Shown here one piece after another: positions 19,346 to 28,822 of a stretch of 64,000 nt of DNA. Location of the stretch: sequence record NC_070872.1. One strand, given 5' to 3'. The notes beneath the pieces were generated by a model. It was given only the letters and a program-made list of their open reading frames with translations. It was not told the DNA's origin and did not search any database. Origin of the DNA: Escherichia phage U1G. Both the position numbers and the translations under genes were made by a program. Positions within the stretch are counted from its first letter, which is position 1. The number at the start of each line of letters is the position of its first letter.

Positions 19346-21406
19346 ATGAAAATCGAACTGATTTCTATCATCGCACTGGCAGTTGACAGTCGAAACCTAA
19401 CGTTGTGGAAGCCAGATGGCTCCACAATTGTGTATCCTCAGAGCGACCCACGGGTTGCTCGTATTGTATCTGAAGCACAAACCAAAGGCTTGGGAATTAC
19501 CAAAGACCTGATAGAAGTAAACATTGCACCAGAAGTATCACTACGTACTGAGTATCTGGAAGCAGAGAAGAGCACTAATGGATTTGTCCGTTTCTTCAAG
19601 GTCGCTAAAGCTAAACTCAAAGAGTTCTTTCAGGATGGTACAGGTGTTCCACCAGCTCGTATCGTTTCTGATATTAAGCTGGGCAATCCTACTAAGACAT
19701 TAGTATCTAAAGCTATGGATACCTTCCTGGCTATACAGGCTAATGAACCAGAAGTAACAGTAACAGACGGTTGTTATGACAGGCGTGACAATCTGATGTG
19801 GGTTACTGGCTGGGACAAAGACCATAACCATCCTGCACTGGTTCGCTTTATTAACGACGTAATGGGTTGGGGGTATGAACATACCAACACCATGCTCAGA
19901 CAGGAATGGCCTGTTGCAGTTCGTGCAGTATCCGATGATGAAATGGGTGAGTTTGCTAAACAAGCCAAGCACATCAAAGGTGTACATATTGTATTTACCA
20001 GCCGTAAACATACCCCACCGCCTTATATTGAAGTAGCTAAACCTACTAACCAGGATAAGCTGACTGCTGCTTCTGAGAAGCTAGCTGCATTGGGGGCTAT
20101 TAGTACTGATGACGCTAACTTCCACACTGATGTGAAAGAAGATGAAGTGGTTGTTGCTGTTACCAACGATGGGGTTATCCCTGGAGTTGAGAACCTGCAA
20201 CGTCACTTACGTCAGTCTGCCAAGTTGAAAGACTACAAGGGCTTCACTAAGTTCCTTGAGCGTCTGGCTCCGGTTATTAAAGACCGTCTGCACTCAGTAG
20301 AAGACCTGATGAAGTTCATGGAAACTGCTGAATTGCCTATCGCTGATGATGGTTCAATCCTGTTCCTTAAACGCCTTCAGTATAAAGGGAAAGAAGATGG
20401 TAAACGTGTATTCGTTGACTGTCACTCAGGTAACATCAAACAGTGGGTAGGCTGTAAAGTGCAGGTACGGGAAGACCTGGTAGATCCTGACCGTCGTCAG
20501 GACTGTTCTAACGGTCTGCATGTAGCATCCATGAGCTACATTCGTAGCTTCGGTGGTAACGTAACTGTCCTTGGTAAAGTAGCACCAGAAGATGTGTTTG
20601 CTGTTCCTCAGTACAGCACTAATAAAATGCGTGTATCTGCGTATCACATTATTGCTGAACTGCCTGAAGAGGAACGTTGCAACGTTAATAGTGGTATCTA
20701 TTTGTCTAAGACAGAAGTAGGTAAGAAGCTACTTAATGATGCCATAGTTGGGAACCATAGTTCACCTACCACACTTGTTATGGTTGGTGGTCATTATGGT
20801 ACTAACCTCAAATACACTAATCTCACATCTGGTTCTATAGAACAATTCCGTATAGCTGCTAGTAAGGAAGCACTGAACATGGAAGAGTCGCTGAATGAAG
20901 CTGTAGCTGCTGAACCAGTGAAAGCTACTGACCTTAAACCTGTTATTAAGAAGGCTCCTACTGTGAAAGAACAAATCCAGGAACTGGTTAAAGAGTTCCT
21001 AAATGCAACAACCCCAGAAGATAAGTTAGCTGCTGCTGACCTTCTGGTAGAACTGCGTTCCAAAGCTCGTAAGCCTTGGGCTGCATTTGATGTAGGTAGT
21101 GACGTGGTAGCTAAGATTGCTGATGTACGTGCTACCTATACAACTAAGCCTATTGGTAAACCTAAAGCTGTTAAGCAGGATATGACAGTTAAACCTACCC
21201 GTTCTGCTGCTGCCACTAAAGTAGCTCCATCTGGTAAACACGCTGATAATCTGCGTAGCATCCTGAACGATACGTCATATTCTGACTATCAGAAAGGCCA
21301 TGCTCTGCAAGATTATAAGCGTCATGCTAAGAAGTCATTCACTGCAATGGGTCTGACTGAAGAAGAAGCTAAATTAGCTACCAAGCTGGTTAAAGCAGTT
21401 AAGTAA
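19346..21406 (+). CDS. large protein adjacent to rIIA, possibly rIIB-like
   Basis: Position immediately downstream of rIIA only; no motif recognised. Confidence 0.3.
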   Translation: MKIELISIIALAVDSRNLTLWKPDGSTIVYPQSDPRVARIVSEAQTKGLGITKDLIEVNIAPEVSLRTEYLEAEKSTNGFVRFFKVAKAKLKEFFQDGTGVPPARIVSDIKLGNPTKTLVSKAMDTFLAIQANEPEVTVTDGCYDRRDNLMWVTGWDKDHNHPALVRFINDVMGWGYEHTNTMLRQEWPVAVRAVSDDEMGEFAKQAKHIKGVHIVFTSRKHTPPPYIEVAKPTNQDKLTAASEKLAALGAISTDDANFHTDVKEDEVVVAVTNDGVIPGVENLQRHLRQSAKLKDYKGFTKFLERLAPVIKDRLHSVEDLMKFMETAELPIADDGSILFLKRLQYKGKEDGKRVFVDCHSGNIKQWVGCKVQVREDLVDPDRRQDCSNGLHVASMSYIRSFGGNVTVLGKVAPEDVFAVPQYSTNKMRVSAYHIIAELPEEERCNVNSGIYLSKTEVGKKLLNDAIVGNHSSPTTLVMVGGHYGTNLKYTNLTSGSIEQFRIAASKEALNMEESLNEAVAAEPVKATDLKPVIKKAPTVKEQIQELVKEFLNATTPEDKLAAADLLVELRSKARKPWAAFDVGSDVVAKIADVRATYTTKPIGKPKAVKQDMTVKPTRSAAATKVAPSGKHADNLRSILNDTSYSDYQKGHALQDYKRHAKKSFTAMGLTEEEAKLATKLVKAVK

Positions 21407-21468
21407 TAGCCTGTTCAAATGCCCTCGCTTGTAATAAAGTGAGGGTAAATTTGAAGAGGAATTGTACT

Positions 21469-21864
21469 ATGAGTAAAGTATTCAGAAGTAATCGCAAAGC
21501 AACTGATGAAGACATCATTCGTATGAATGCTGTTGGGCTGTCCCTCGCAACTATCGCTAAGACGTTGGGGGTTCACCCCACTACGGTTACTTTGCGATTG
21601 CGTTCTTTAAACATTGAACCAGCCGACACACGTCGGACGTTCATGGAAAACGTATTACGTCCTTTACCAACCCATGTGGCTGATTGGCTATCAGAACAAG
21701 TTGGTCCTGCTTATGAAATTCGTTCATATGTAAGGGACTTGATTCTGGAGGCATATAATAATCGCCACCTTAACCAAGAGAGTGAGCATGACAAGTTCAT
21801 CCGTTTGTACGCTGGCAAATACGGAAGCCTGGTTCCGGAAAGCAGTACCAAATCCGACGAGTAA
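21469..21864 (+). CDS. helix-turn-helix DNA-binding protein
   Basis: HTH-like LSLATIAKTLGVHPTTVTLRL; longest ORF starts 21439. Confidence 0.5.
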   Translation: MSKVFRSNRKATDEDIIRMNAVGLSLATIAKTLGVHPTTVTLRLRSLNIEPADTRRTFMENVLRPLPTHVADWLSEQVGPAYEIRSYVRDLILEAYNNRHLNQESEHDKFIRLYAGKYGSLVPESSTKSDE

Positions 21865-22233
21865 GAATATTAGTACCCAGATTGGTTGTCATCTGGAAGA
21901 AGTAGTAGAGATGCTAGACGAGTTATACGCTAACTCAGAAGATGCTTACGATATTCTTCACAATGCCATTGCAGCATTAACCGAATTGTCTGATTTAATG
22001 AAAAAGATGACAAAGAGGTATATGCACCGAACAGCCATCGTTTAGCTATCCTTGATAGTCTTGCTGACCAGATTGTTACAGCAACCGGCGTCGGTACTTT
22101 CCTTGGGATGAATGTCCCTGGAGCATTGAATGAAGTCAATCGCTCTAACTATTCTAAATTTGAAGATGGAGAACCTGTCTTCAATGAGAACAAGAAAGTC
22201 ATGAAGGGTAAAGACTACACTCCCCGGATTTAA
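21788..22233 (+). CDS. putative MazG-like NTP pyrophosphohydrolase; two frames in this assembly
   Basis: EEVVEMLDEL motif; C-terminal part EVNRSNYSKFEDG in the adjacent frame; +1 nt in A5 (22001-22005) fuses them. Confidence 0.35.
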
Positions 22234-22245
22234 CCTCATTCGTAT

Positions 22246-22268
22246 AGCCCCAGTAGGGGCTTTTCTTC
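22246..22268 (+). terminator. putative terminator
   Basis: agcccc-AGTA-ggggct followed by TTTTCTTC. Confidence 0.5.
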
Positions 22269-22279
22269 TATGGACTATT

Positions 22280-22777
22280 ATGAACTGGAACCAAATATTC
22301 GATTTCGTAGATGGCAAGCTCTACTGGAAAAACTGTACACAGCCTTTTAGAAATGGCACAGAAGCTGGTTGCTTATCTGAGGATGGTTATCTAAGTGTAA
22401 GGCACAATAGAGTACTATATCTAAACCATCACATAATTTTCGAGATGCATAAAGGTAAGATTCCCCCAGGTATGGTGATTGACCATGATGACAGGAACAA
22501 ACTTAATAATTACCCAAGCAATTTAATAGCCAAAACCCAACAAGATAACACCAAAAACCAAACCATGCGTAAAAGCAATATGGCAGGTTGCACAGGTGTT
22601 CGCTTTAGAAGTGAAAGGGGTAAATGGCAAGCCCGAATTACTGTAGATGGTAAGCAAAAACACCTAGGTTATTTTACAACCAAAGAAGATGCTATATCAG
22701 CAAGAGAGGAAGCCAACATAAAGTATGGTTTCCATAAAAACCATGGAAAACCTACTGGAGGCTCCTTTGTTCGCTAA
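22280..22777 (+). CDS. HNH homing endonuclease with AP2-like domain
   Basis: GKLYWK...MVIDHDDRNKLNN, then GVRFRSERGKWQARITVDGKQKHLGYFTTKEDA; paralog of the 2571 ORF. Confidence 0.8.
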   Translation: MNWNQIFDFVDGKLYWKNCTQPFRNGTEAGCLSEDGYLSVRHNRVLYLNHHIIFEMHKGKIPPGMVIDHDDRNKLNNYPSNLIAKTQQDNTKNQTMRKSNMAGCTGVRFRSERGKWQARITVDGKQKHLGYFTTKEDAISAREEANIKYGFHKNHGKPTGGSFVR

Positions 22778-24077
22778 AAGTAATAAAAAACCCCTCAACT
22801 CTGGGCAAGAATTAGTAGCAAAAGCATTTTTTGATTTCTTATTAGACCCTAATTCAACTGAGTTTGGAATTTCAGGACCTGGGGGAACTGGTAAGACATT
22901 CCTGATGTCGCACCTCATTGATGACACTATGCCTGCATACATGGAAACTTGTTCTTTGATGGGAACCAAGCCCCTGTATAACGAAGTTGTCATGACTGCA
23001 ACCACGAACAAAGCTGCTGAAGTACTGGCTCAAGCTACAGGACGTCCAACATCTACCTATCACTCCTTCCAGGGTCTGATTGTTAAGAATGACTTTAAGA
23101 CTGGTGAGGCTAACGTAGTGCCATCTAAATCATTCAACATTAAGAAGAACAAGATTATCTTCGTAGACGAAGCATCCATGATTGATCGTCAGTTACTTAA
23201 GTATGCTCGTGAAGGTACTCACCAGTGCAAACTGGTATTTGTAGGCGATGCTTCTCAGCTACTGCCTGTTAAAGAGAATAAGTCTCCGGTATATGCAGGT
23301 AATATCCCAACACACTATCTGACTGAACAGATGCGTACTGATGCACCGGAACTTAAAGCATTGCACCAGCAATTGCGTGATACGGTGGAAGGTAAGACAG
23401 GCTTCCTGCCAATTAAATGTATCCCTGGTATCATTGACTGGGTACAGGAGGAAGAGATGGAGAAATTGGTTCTCAGTCACTTCACTCAACCTACCAACAG
23501 CCGTATTGTTGCTTACACAAATGACCAGGTTATTAATTACAATAACTACATTCGTGAAGCTAACGGTTATGTAGGTGAGTACTCCATCGGCGAGCAGCTG
23601 GTATCTAACTCTGCTGTTCGCCTGGGTGTGGAAGACCGTTTGTCTATTGAGCAGGACGTAAAACTCATCGACCAGGATAGCAGTACTCGCATGATTAAAG
23701 TTACAGGTGACCTGGAACTGAAAGTTCGTGATAGTACTCTTGACCTCGGTTATGGTGGCATTGTAAGTGAAGTTCCAGTTCCTACTGACCCAGACTACTT
23801 TAACCGTTTGGTTAAGTGGTTAGGTAAAGAAAAGAACTGGGAACCTTACTTCCGTCTTAAAGAAACCATTCCAGACCTACGTGCTACTCATGCATGTACT
23901 GTCCATAAATCTCAAGGCTCTACTTACGACACAATCTTCATTGACGCAAATGACCTCTCAAGCTGTCGCCAACCAGATATGGTTGCCCGTCTGCTTTACG
24001 TCGCTGTGTCTCGTGCTCGTAAGCGTGTAGTGTTCTATGGCAATCTTGCCAGTAAGTACGGTGGCCTAACTTTCTAA
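22725..24077 (+). CDS. SF1 DNA helicase (Dda/RecD-like)
   Basis: Walker A GPGGTGKT, IFVDEASM, VFVGDASQLLPV, VHKSQGSTYDTIFID; 5' end overlaps the upstream HNH ORF, start uncertain (22725 or 22743). Confidence 0.7.
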   Translation: MVSIKTMENLLEAPLFAKSNKKPLNSGQELVAKAFFDFLLDPNSTEFGISGPGGTGKTFLMSHLIDDTMPAYMETCSLMGTKPLYNEVVMTATTNKAAEVLAQATGRPTSTYHSFQGLIVKNDFKTGEANVVPSKSFNIKKNKIIFVDEASMIDRQLLKYAREGTHQCKLVFVGDASQLLPVKENKSPVYAGNIPTHYLTEQMRTDAPELKALHQQLRDTVEGKTGFLPIKCIPGIIDWVQEEEMEKLVLSHFTQPTNSRIVAYTNDQVINYNNYIREANGYVGEYSIGEQLVSNSAVRLGVEDRLSIEQDVKLIDQDSSTRMIKVTGDLELKVRDSTLDLGYGGIVSEVPVPTDPDYFNRLVKWLGKEKNWEPYFRLKETIPDLRATHACTVHKSQGSTYDTIFIDANDLSSCRQPDMVARLLYVAVSRARKRVVFYGNLASKYGGLTF

Positions 24078-24087
24078 GGGAGGATAT

Positions 24088-24618
24088 ATGCCTCAGATTG
24101 GTTCAGCGACTATTGGTCAAGTTGCCAATAGCAGCGAGATAGTCAAGCATCTGTTCTTAGCAGAACTGGTTCGTCTTGATGGTGTGTTAAACGGTATCAT
24201 TGATAAGAATGATCGTATCAATGGTGTAGATGTATCAGCTGGATTCCTTTACCAGGGTGAGTTCTATCAGCGTTCTAACGCTACCAGACCTCCAACCTAC
24301 GGTGAGCGATTAACGCTTAATCCAGAACTGTGGCCTGCAATGGACAAGTATCTGAAAGCCTCCAGTCGTTTGATTATGGAAGTACACCTTGTGAACCAGA
24401 CTGTATATCGTCTGGTTCGTGGCTGTATGTCCTATCAGGATGTACGTGATGCTCTGCCTGAGTGTCTGGTAGCACAAGACCAGACGGGTCAGTACAAAGG
24501 TCTGCCTCGTACTCGTGAAGCAGCTTGGACACTTGCTGGTGATGCTATGGCAATCAAGCAGTATGAGAAGATTCTGCCCTCTATTGAGTATTATGCAGCT
24601 TCCCATCTGATTTTCTAA
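24088..24618 (+). CDS. hypothetical protein
   Basis: ORF. Confidence 0.5.
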   Translation: MPQIGSATIGQVANSSEIVKHLFLAELVRLDGVLNGIIDKNDRINGVDVSAGFLYQGEFYQRSNATRPPTYGERLTLNPELWPAMDKYLKASSRLIMEVHLVNQTVYRLVRGCMSYQDVRDALPECLVAQDQTGQYKGLPRTREAAWTLAGDAMAIKQYEKILPSIEYYAASHLIF

Positions 24619-24627
24619 GGTAAAGCT

Positions 24628-26442
24628 ATGCGTTACATCACCTCTCAGGATACTGGTAAGTATCCTATTGCTATCCTCGGTCATCAAATCCGAAGGGAGG
24701 AGATGATTAAAACCTATCTGCTGCCTTATGACCTAAGTATGGAAGACTTCATCTTTATTGAACTTCATTCTGCCCCCGGCAAGAAAACTCCTGCAAGAGA
24801 GATTAAGGAGTTCATACAGCAGGAACTGCAACAAGTACTGGATGATGCAGAGACTCAATACATTATCTGTACCGATTCTGACTACTTCAAAATACTGACT
24901 AAAGAAGCTAAAGCAGAGGCTAACCTCGGCTATGTTTGTGACTCAGTATGGGGTAAGCAGAAGGTTATCTATGCACCTAGCTACAGACAGGTCTTTTATG
25001 ACCCTCCTGTAGTGAAATCCAAGATTGCTCAGGGTATGGATGCATTACTTAACCACATACGTGGGCAGTATGCTGAACCAGGTCAAGGAATCATTGAGTT
25101 TGAAGCCTATCCGGATACTCCCGAGAAGATTAAAGCCTGGCTAGACCAGTTGCTTGAGATGAATAAGCCATTGGCTATAGACATCGAAGCATTCGGTTTA
25201 AAGCACTATAACGCCGGTATAGGGACAATTACATTCTGTTGGAGTAAAACACAAGGCATAGCCTTTAACGTGGACTACGAGCCGATTCCTGGAGCTACTG
25301 AAGCACCATACGGGCGTATCAACCGTAATGATATTGTTCGAAACCTTCTGCGTGAGTTCTTCATTAAGTACACCCAACGGCAGATGTATCACAACATTAG
25401 CTATGATGTGTACATACTTATCTATCAGTTATTCATGGATAATCTGATTGATACAGAGGGACTACTACATGGCATGGACATCATGCTGCGTAATTGGGAC
25501 TGTACTAAGTTAATCACCTATCTGGCTACTAACAGTTGTGCAGGCAATCATCTTAGTCTAAAAGAGCAGGCTCAGGAGTATGCTGGTAACTATGCTCAGG
25601 ATGATATCAAAGACATACGTCTTATTCCTAATGAGCAACTGTTACGCTACAACCTCATTGATGGTTTGTGTACTTGGTACACATACGAGAAGCACTGGGA
25701 TACTCTCATTGCCGATGACCAACTTGATGTTTACAACAGCATCTTTAAACCAGCCTGTGAAGACATTATTCAGATGCAGTTAACCGGTATGCCCATGAAT
25801 ATGGAAACCGTTAACCAAGTAGCTGAAGAAATGGAAACTGACAGGAACCAGGCTCTGAAAACTATTCGTGAGTCTAACCTCATGAAGAACTTTACCCTGA
25901 TGCTTCGTCAGGAATGGGTAGACGATAAGAATGCTAAGCTTAAGAAGAAGCAGGTAACACTAGCTGATTGTGACATTGAGTTTAATCCTAACTCTGGCCC
26001 ACAACTACAGAAGCTGTTATTTGACTATATCGGCTTACCGGTTCTTGGTCTTACTAAGAGCAAGCAACCTGCTACTGACGGTGACACTATTAAAGCACTG
26101 CGTACACATACGCAGAGTGAAGATGTTAAGGAACTGCTCAATGCACTTATCGACTATAAGCTCGTGGATAAGATTATCACTAGCTTTATACCAGCTTTCA
26201 GGAATGCCCAACCGGGACCAGATGGCTGGCACTACCTGTTCGGTAACCTCAATCTGGGAGGCACAGTCTCCGGTAGGTTATCGGCTTCAGAGCCAAATCT
26301 ACAAACAATTCCATCCGGCTCTAAATATGCCAAGAAGATTAAGAAATGCTTCGAAGCTCCACCTAGTTGTTACTTGCCAAACAGGACCAAGCTGGATACA
26401 TTAATCCAGTCCCTGAAAAATACAATTAGTGGTGCCAAATGA
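24628..26442 (+). CDS. family A DNA polymerase, N-terminal fragment (3'-5' exonuclease plus part of polymerase domain)
   Basis: Exo I AIDIEAFGL; GTVSGRLSASEPNLQTIP and KKCFEAPP just before the break. Confidence 0.75.
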   Translation: MRYITSQDTGKYPIAILGHQIRREEMIKTYLLPYDLSMEDFIFIELHSAPGKKTPAREIKEFIQQELQQVLDDAETQYIICTDSDYFKILTKEAKAEANLGYVCDSVWGKQKVIYAPSYRQVFYDPPVVKSKIAQGMDALLNHIRGQYAEPGQGIIEFEAYPDTPEKIKAWLDQLLEMNKPLAIDIEAFGLKHYNAGIGTITFCWSKTQGIAFNVDYEPIPGATEAPYGRINRNDIVRNLLREFFIKYTQRQMYHNISYDVYILIYQLFMDNLIDTEGLLHGMDIMLRNWDCTKLITYLATNSCAGNHLSLKEQAQEYAGNYAQDDIKDIRLIPNEQLLRYNLIDGLCTWYTYEKHWDTLIADDQLDVYNSIFKPACEDIIQMQLTGMPMNMETVNQVAEEMETDRNQALKTIRESNLMKNFTLMLRQEWVDDKNAKLKKKQVTLADCDIEFNPNSGPQLQKLLFDYIGLPVLGLTKSKQPATDGDTIKALRTHTQSEDVKELLNALIDYKLVDKIITSFIPAFRNAQPGPDGWHYLFGNLNLGGTVSGRLSASEPNLQTIPSGSKYAKKIKKCFEAPPSCYLPNRTKLDTLIQSLKNTISGAK

Positions 26443-27095
26443 TAGGAAAGAAATTTAATAGATTGACTGTAGTCAGGTTCAGTCACAAAGACAAATACTA
26501 TGCAAAGCATTGGGAATGCCTTTGTGACTGTGGGAATACTACTATAGTCAACAATCAAAAATTAAAGAGTGGTCATACAAGAAGTTGTGGATGTTTACAC
26601 AAAGAATGCCTACGTAACTATAAAGATGGTCGTTCTAAGGAACTACTATATAAGGTTTACTACGGCATCCTTGACCGCTGCCATAATGAAAAGTGTTCCA
26701 CTTATTACAAATATGGGGCTAAGGGCATAAGTGTTTGCGATGAGTGGAAAAATTCATACGAAACTTTCCGAGATTGGGCATTATCTTCTGGTTATGCAGC
26801 AGGTCTTAGTATCGACAGGATTGATGCCTATAAAGGATATTCTCCAGACAACTGTAGATGGGCAAATAGAAGTACCCAACAAACTAACAAAAGGGTTTGG
26901 AGTACAACTCCTTACGTTAGCTACAGTAAGTCAAAAAATAAATGGGTAGGTAGAATTACCCATTTGGGTAAGAGAATAGAAATCCGGGTAGATAGAGATC
27001 TAGATACTGTTATGAATGCAGTTATTGCTTATGTATTAGCTAATAACTTGGTTGAACAGGAGAAGGTACTTCGTAATGCAGGACTTATTAAATAA
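26439..27095 (+). CDS. free-standing homing endonuclease-like ORF (Zn-ribbon plus AP2-like domain) inserted in the DNA polymerase gene
   Basis: FNRLTVV...WECLCDCGNTTIV...GHTRSCGC pattern, C-terminal NKWVGRITHLGKRIEIRV; ATGA overlap with the polymerase N-fragment stop; different frame from both polymerase parts. Confidence 0.6.
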   Translation: MIGKKFNRLTVVRFSHKDKYYAKHWECLCDCGNTTIVNNQKLKSGHTRSCGCLHKECLRNYKDGRSKELLYKVYYGILDRCHNEKCSTYYKYGAKGISVCDEWKNSYETFRDWALSSGYAAGLSIDRIDAYKGYSPDNCRWANRSTQQTNKRVWSTTPYVSYSKSKNKWVGRITHLGKRIEIRVDRDLDTVMNAVIAYVLANNLVEQEKVLRNAGLIK

Positions 27096-28047
27096 ATTAG
27101 TTAGCATAAAGGATAGAGTAACCCTGGATGACTATGACGAGTTAATACAATTAGCTAGTAAATATGGCATGCAGGAACAAGTATCTGAATGCTTTGACTA
27201 TGAGGGTGGATGGTTGTTTTGTGGGCTAGACTTTGCGTCCTTAGAGGATCGCATATCAGCCCTAACAACCAAAGACCCTAATAAATTGCGTGTGTATACT
27301 GACGGGTTTGACGGTCATTCACTCAGAGCTAAATTTTATTTCGGTGAACAAATGCCGGATATTGATGACTCTGTAGAAAGCATCAACTCTATACAGAAAA
27401 AATATAAAGCCTTACGTAGCGAATCGAAAGCACCTACTTTCTTACTGACCTACGGCGGAACTTATATGGGCTTAATGAAAAACTGTGGCTTCTCGGAAGA
27501 GAAGGCTAAATTAATTGAGTCCAGATACCACGAAATGTATACGGTTAGTGATGCCTGGGTTCAGGCTAAGCTAGACGAAGCTGCTAAGACTGGTTATGTA
27601 ACTGCTGCATTTGGTTTGAGAGTGCGTACTCCTTTACTGGCTCAGGTTTTACGTGGGACATGTAAGACCCCATATGAAGCAGAAGCTGAAGGCAGGACTG
27701 CTGGTAATGCATTAGGTCAAAGCTGGTGTCTACTGAATAATCGTGCTGGCTCAGAGTTTATGCGTAAAGTCAGAACCAGTGAGTTCAGATTAGATATACG
27801 TCCTTGTATTCACATTCATGATGCCCAATACTTCATGATTCGTGACAACATGGATACCTTGCAGTACACGAACAAGCACTTGGTTGAAGCCGTTAACTGG
27901 CAAGACCATCCTGATATTGCTCATCCAGAAGTTGGTTTGGGTGGGGAACTATCCTTGTTTTACCCAACGTGGGCTAACGAGATTGAAATTCCAAATCACG
28001 CTACCCCAGATGAAGTTCATCAAATAATTCAAAAGGCATTCGCATGA
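27076..28047 (+). CDS. family A DNA polymerase, C-terminal fragment (palm/fingers)
   Basis: Motif A LDFASLEDRISAL, motif B KAPTFLLTYGGTYMG, motif C IHIHDAQYF; AGGAGAAGG upstream of ATG 27076 (longest ORF starts TTG 27052). Confidence 0.7.
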   Translation: MQDLLNKLVSIKDRVTLDDYDELIQLASKYGMQEQVSECFDYEGGWLFCGLDFASLEDRISALTTKDPNKLRVYTDGFDGHSLRAKFYFGEQMPDIDDSVESINSIQKKYKALRSESKAPTFLLTYGGTYMGLMKNCGFSEEKAKLIESRYHEMYTVSDAWVQAKLDEAAKTGYVTAAFGLRVRTPLLAQVLRGTCKTPYEAEAEGRTAGNALGQSWCLLNNRAGSEFMRKVRTSEFRLDIRPCIHIHDAQYFMIRDNMDTLQYTNKHLVEAVNWQDHPDIAHPEVGLGGELSLFYPTWANEIEIPNHATPDEVHQIIQKAFA

Positions 28048-28349
28048 CTAAAAGTACGAAAGAAACCGTTGTCAGAAAATATCATTGGATGGTAGCAGCA
28101 CAGGTAATCTTCCAGCTTCCCAAAGCTGATGATGGCTCTCTGCTTACCATGAACACAATGCTGCTCACTGATGAACCTTACGTGACTTATAAAGATTTGG
28201 CTCGTGCCAATCACTCTCTGAAGATTAGTCTGGACCAGCGTTTTGATACCTCGGTTGACTTGAAAGACATCGTTTATTTGTCTCTTAGCAACCTGGGTCT
28301 GATGTCTGAATCAAAGTTCCAGGCAAACATGATTCCCAAGGGGGAATAA
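28044..28349 (+). CDS. hypothetical protein
   Basis: ORF; 4-nt overlap. Confidence 0.5.
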   Translation: MTKSTKETVVRKYHWMVAAQVIFQLPKADDGSLLTMNTMLLTDEPYVTYKDLARANHSLKISLDQRFDTSVDLKDIVYLSLSNLGLMSESKFQANMIPKGE

Positions 28350-28822
28350 TGACTAAGCTCTCCGGTGGATTGAATAACTGGTATGTAGTACCAGTTAAGA
28401 ACCCTCAACGGAAAGAGCAAGAGCCATACCAAGCAGAGTGTGAGGATATTATCCAGGCACTGGGCATGACCTTCGATGAAGGTTGTGCCTTTAAAGCTCT
28501 ATGGCGAAATGCTGCTGCCCGTATGGGTAATGGTAAACCTGGAAATACTCCAGTGTATGATTGTGAGAAGCTTGTTCATTATGCTAATCGACTACTTGCT
28601 AAAGCTTACTTTGATTCTAAGGATAGCGGTGAAGTAGTTAAGTTGGAAGAATCCAATACGGATTGGGTTTACAGTAATGAAAGACCATCCTTCATGCGTA
28701 AGTGGAAAAAGCTTGAGTATGAGTACAAAAACCATTGTACAACCTACACATGCTTTCCAGGGGAACCACAGCTACTATCTATTAACTGGGCAGATATTTA
28801 TCGTTATAGGATTACCTACTAA
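28349..28822 (+). CDS. hypothetical protein
   Basis: ORF. Confidence 0.5.
   Translation: MTKLSGGLNNWYVVPVKNPQRKEQEPYQAECEDIIQALGMTFDEGCAFKALWRNAAARMGNGKPGNTPVYDCEKLVHYANRLLAKAYFDSKDSGEVVKLEESNTDWVYSNERPSFMRKWKKLEYEYKNHCTTYTCFPGEPQLLSINWADIYRYRITY

Noticed and set aside
9882-28047. Intein interpretation of the insertions in the ATPase and DNA polymerase genes
   Set aside because: The endonuclease ORFs are in a different frame from the flanking host-gene fragments and stops separate them; the ATPase insertion has clear group I intron core sequences.
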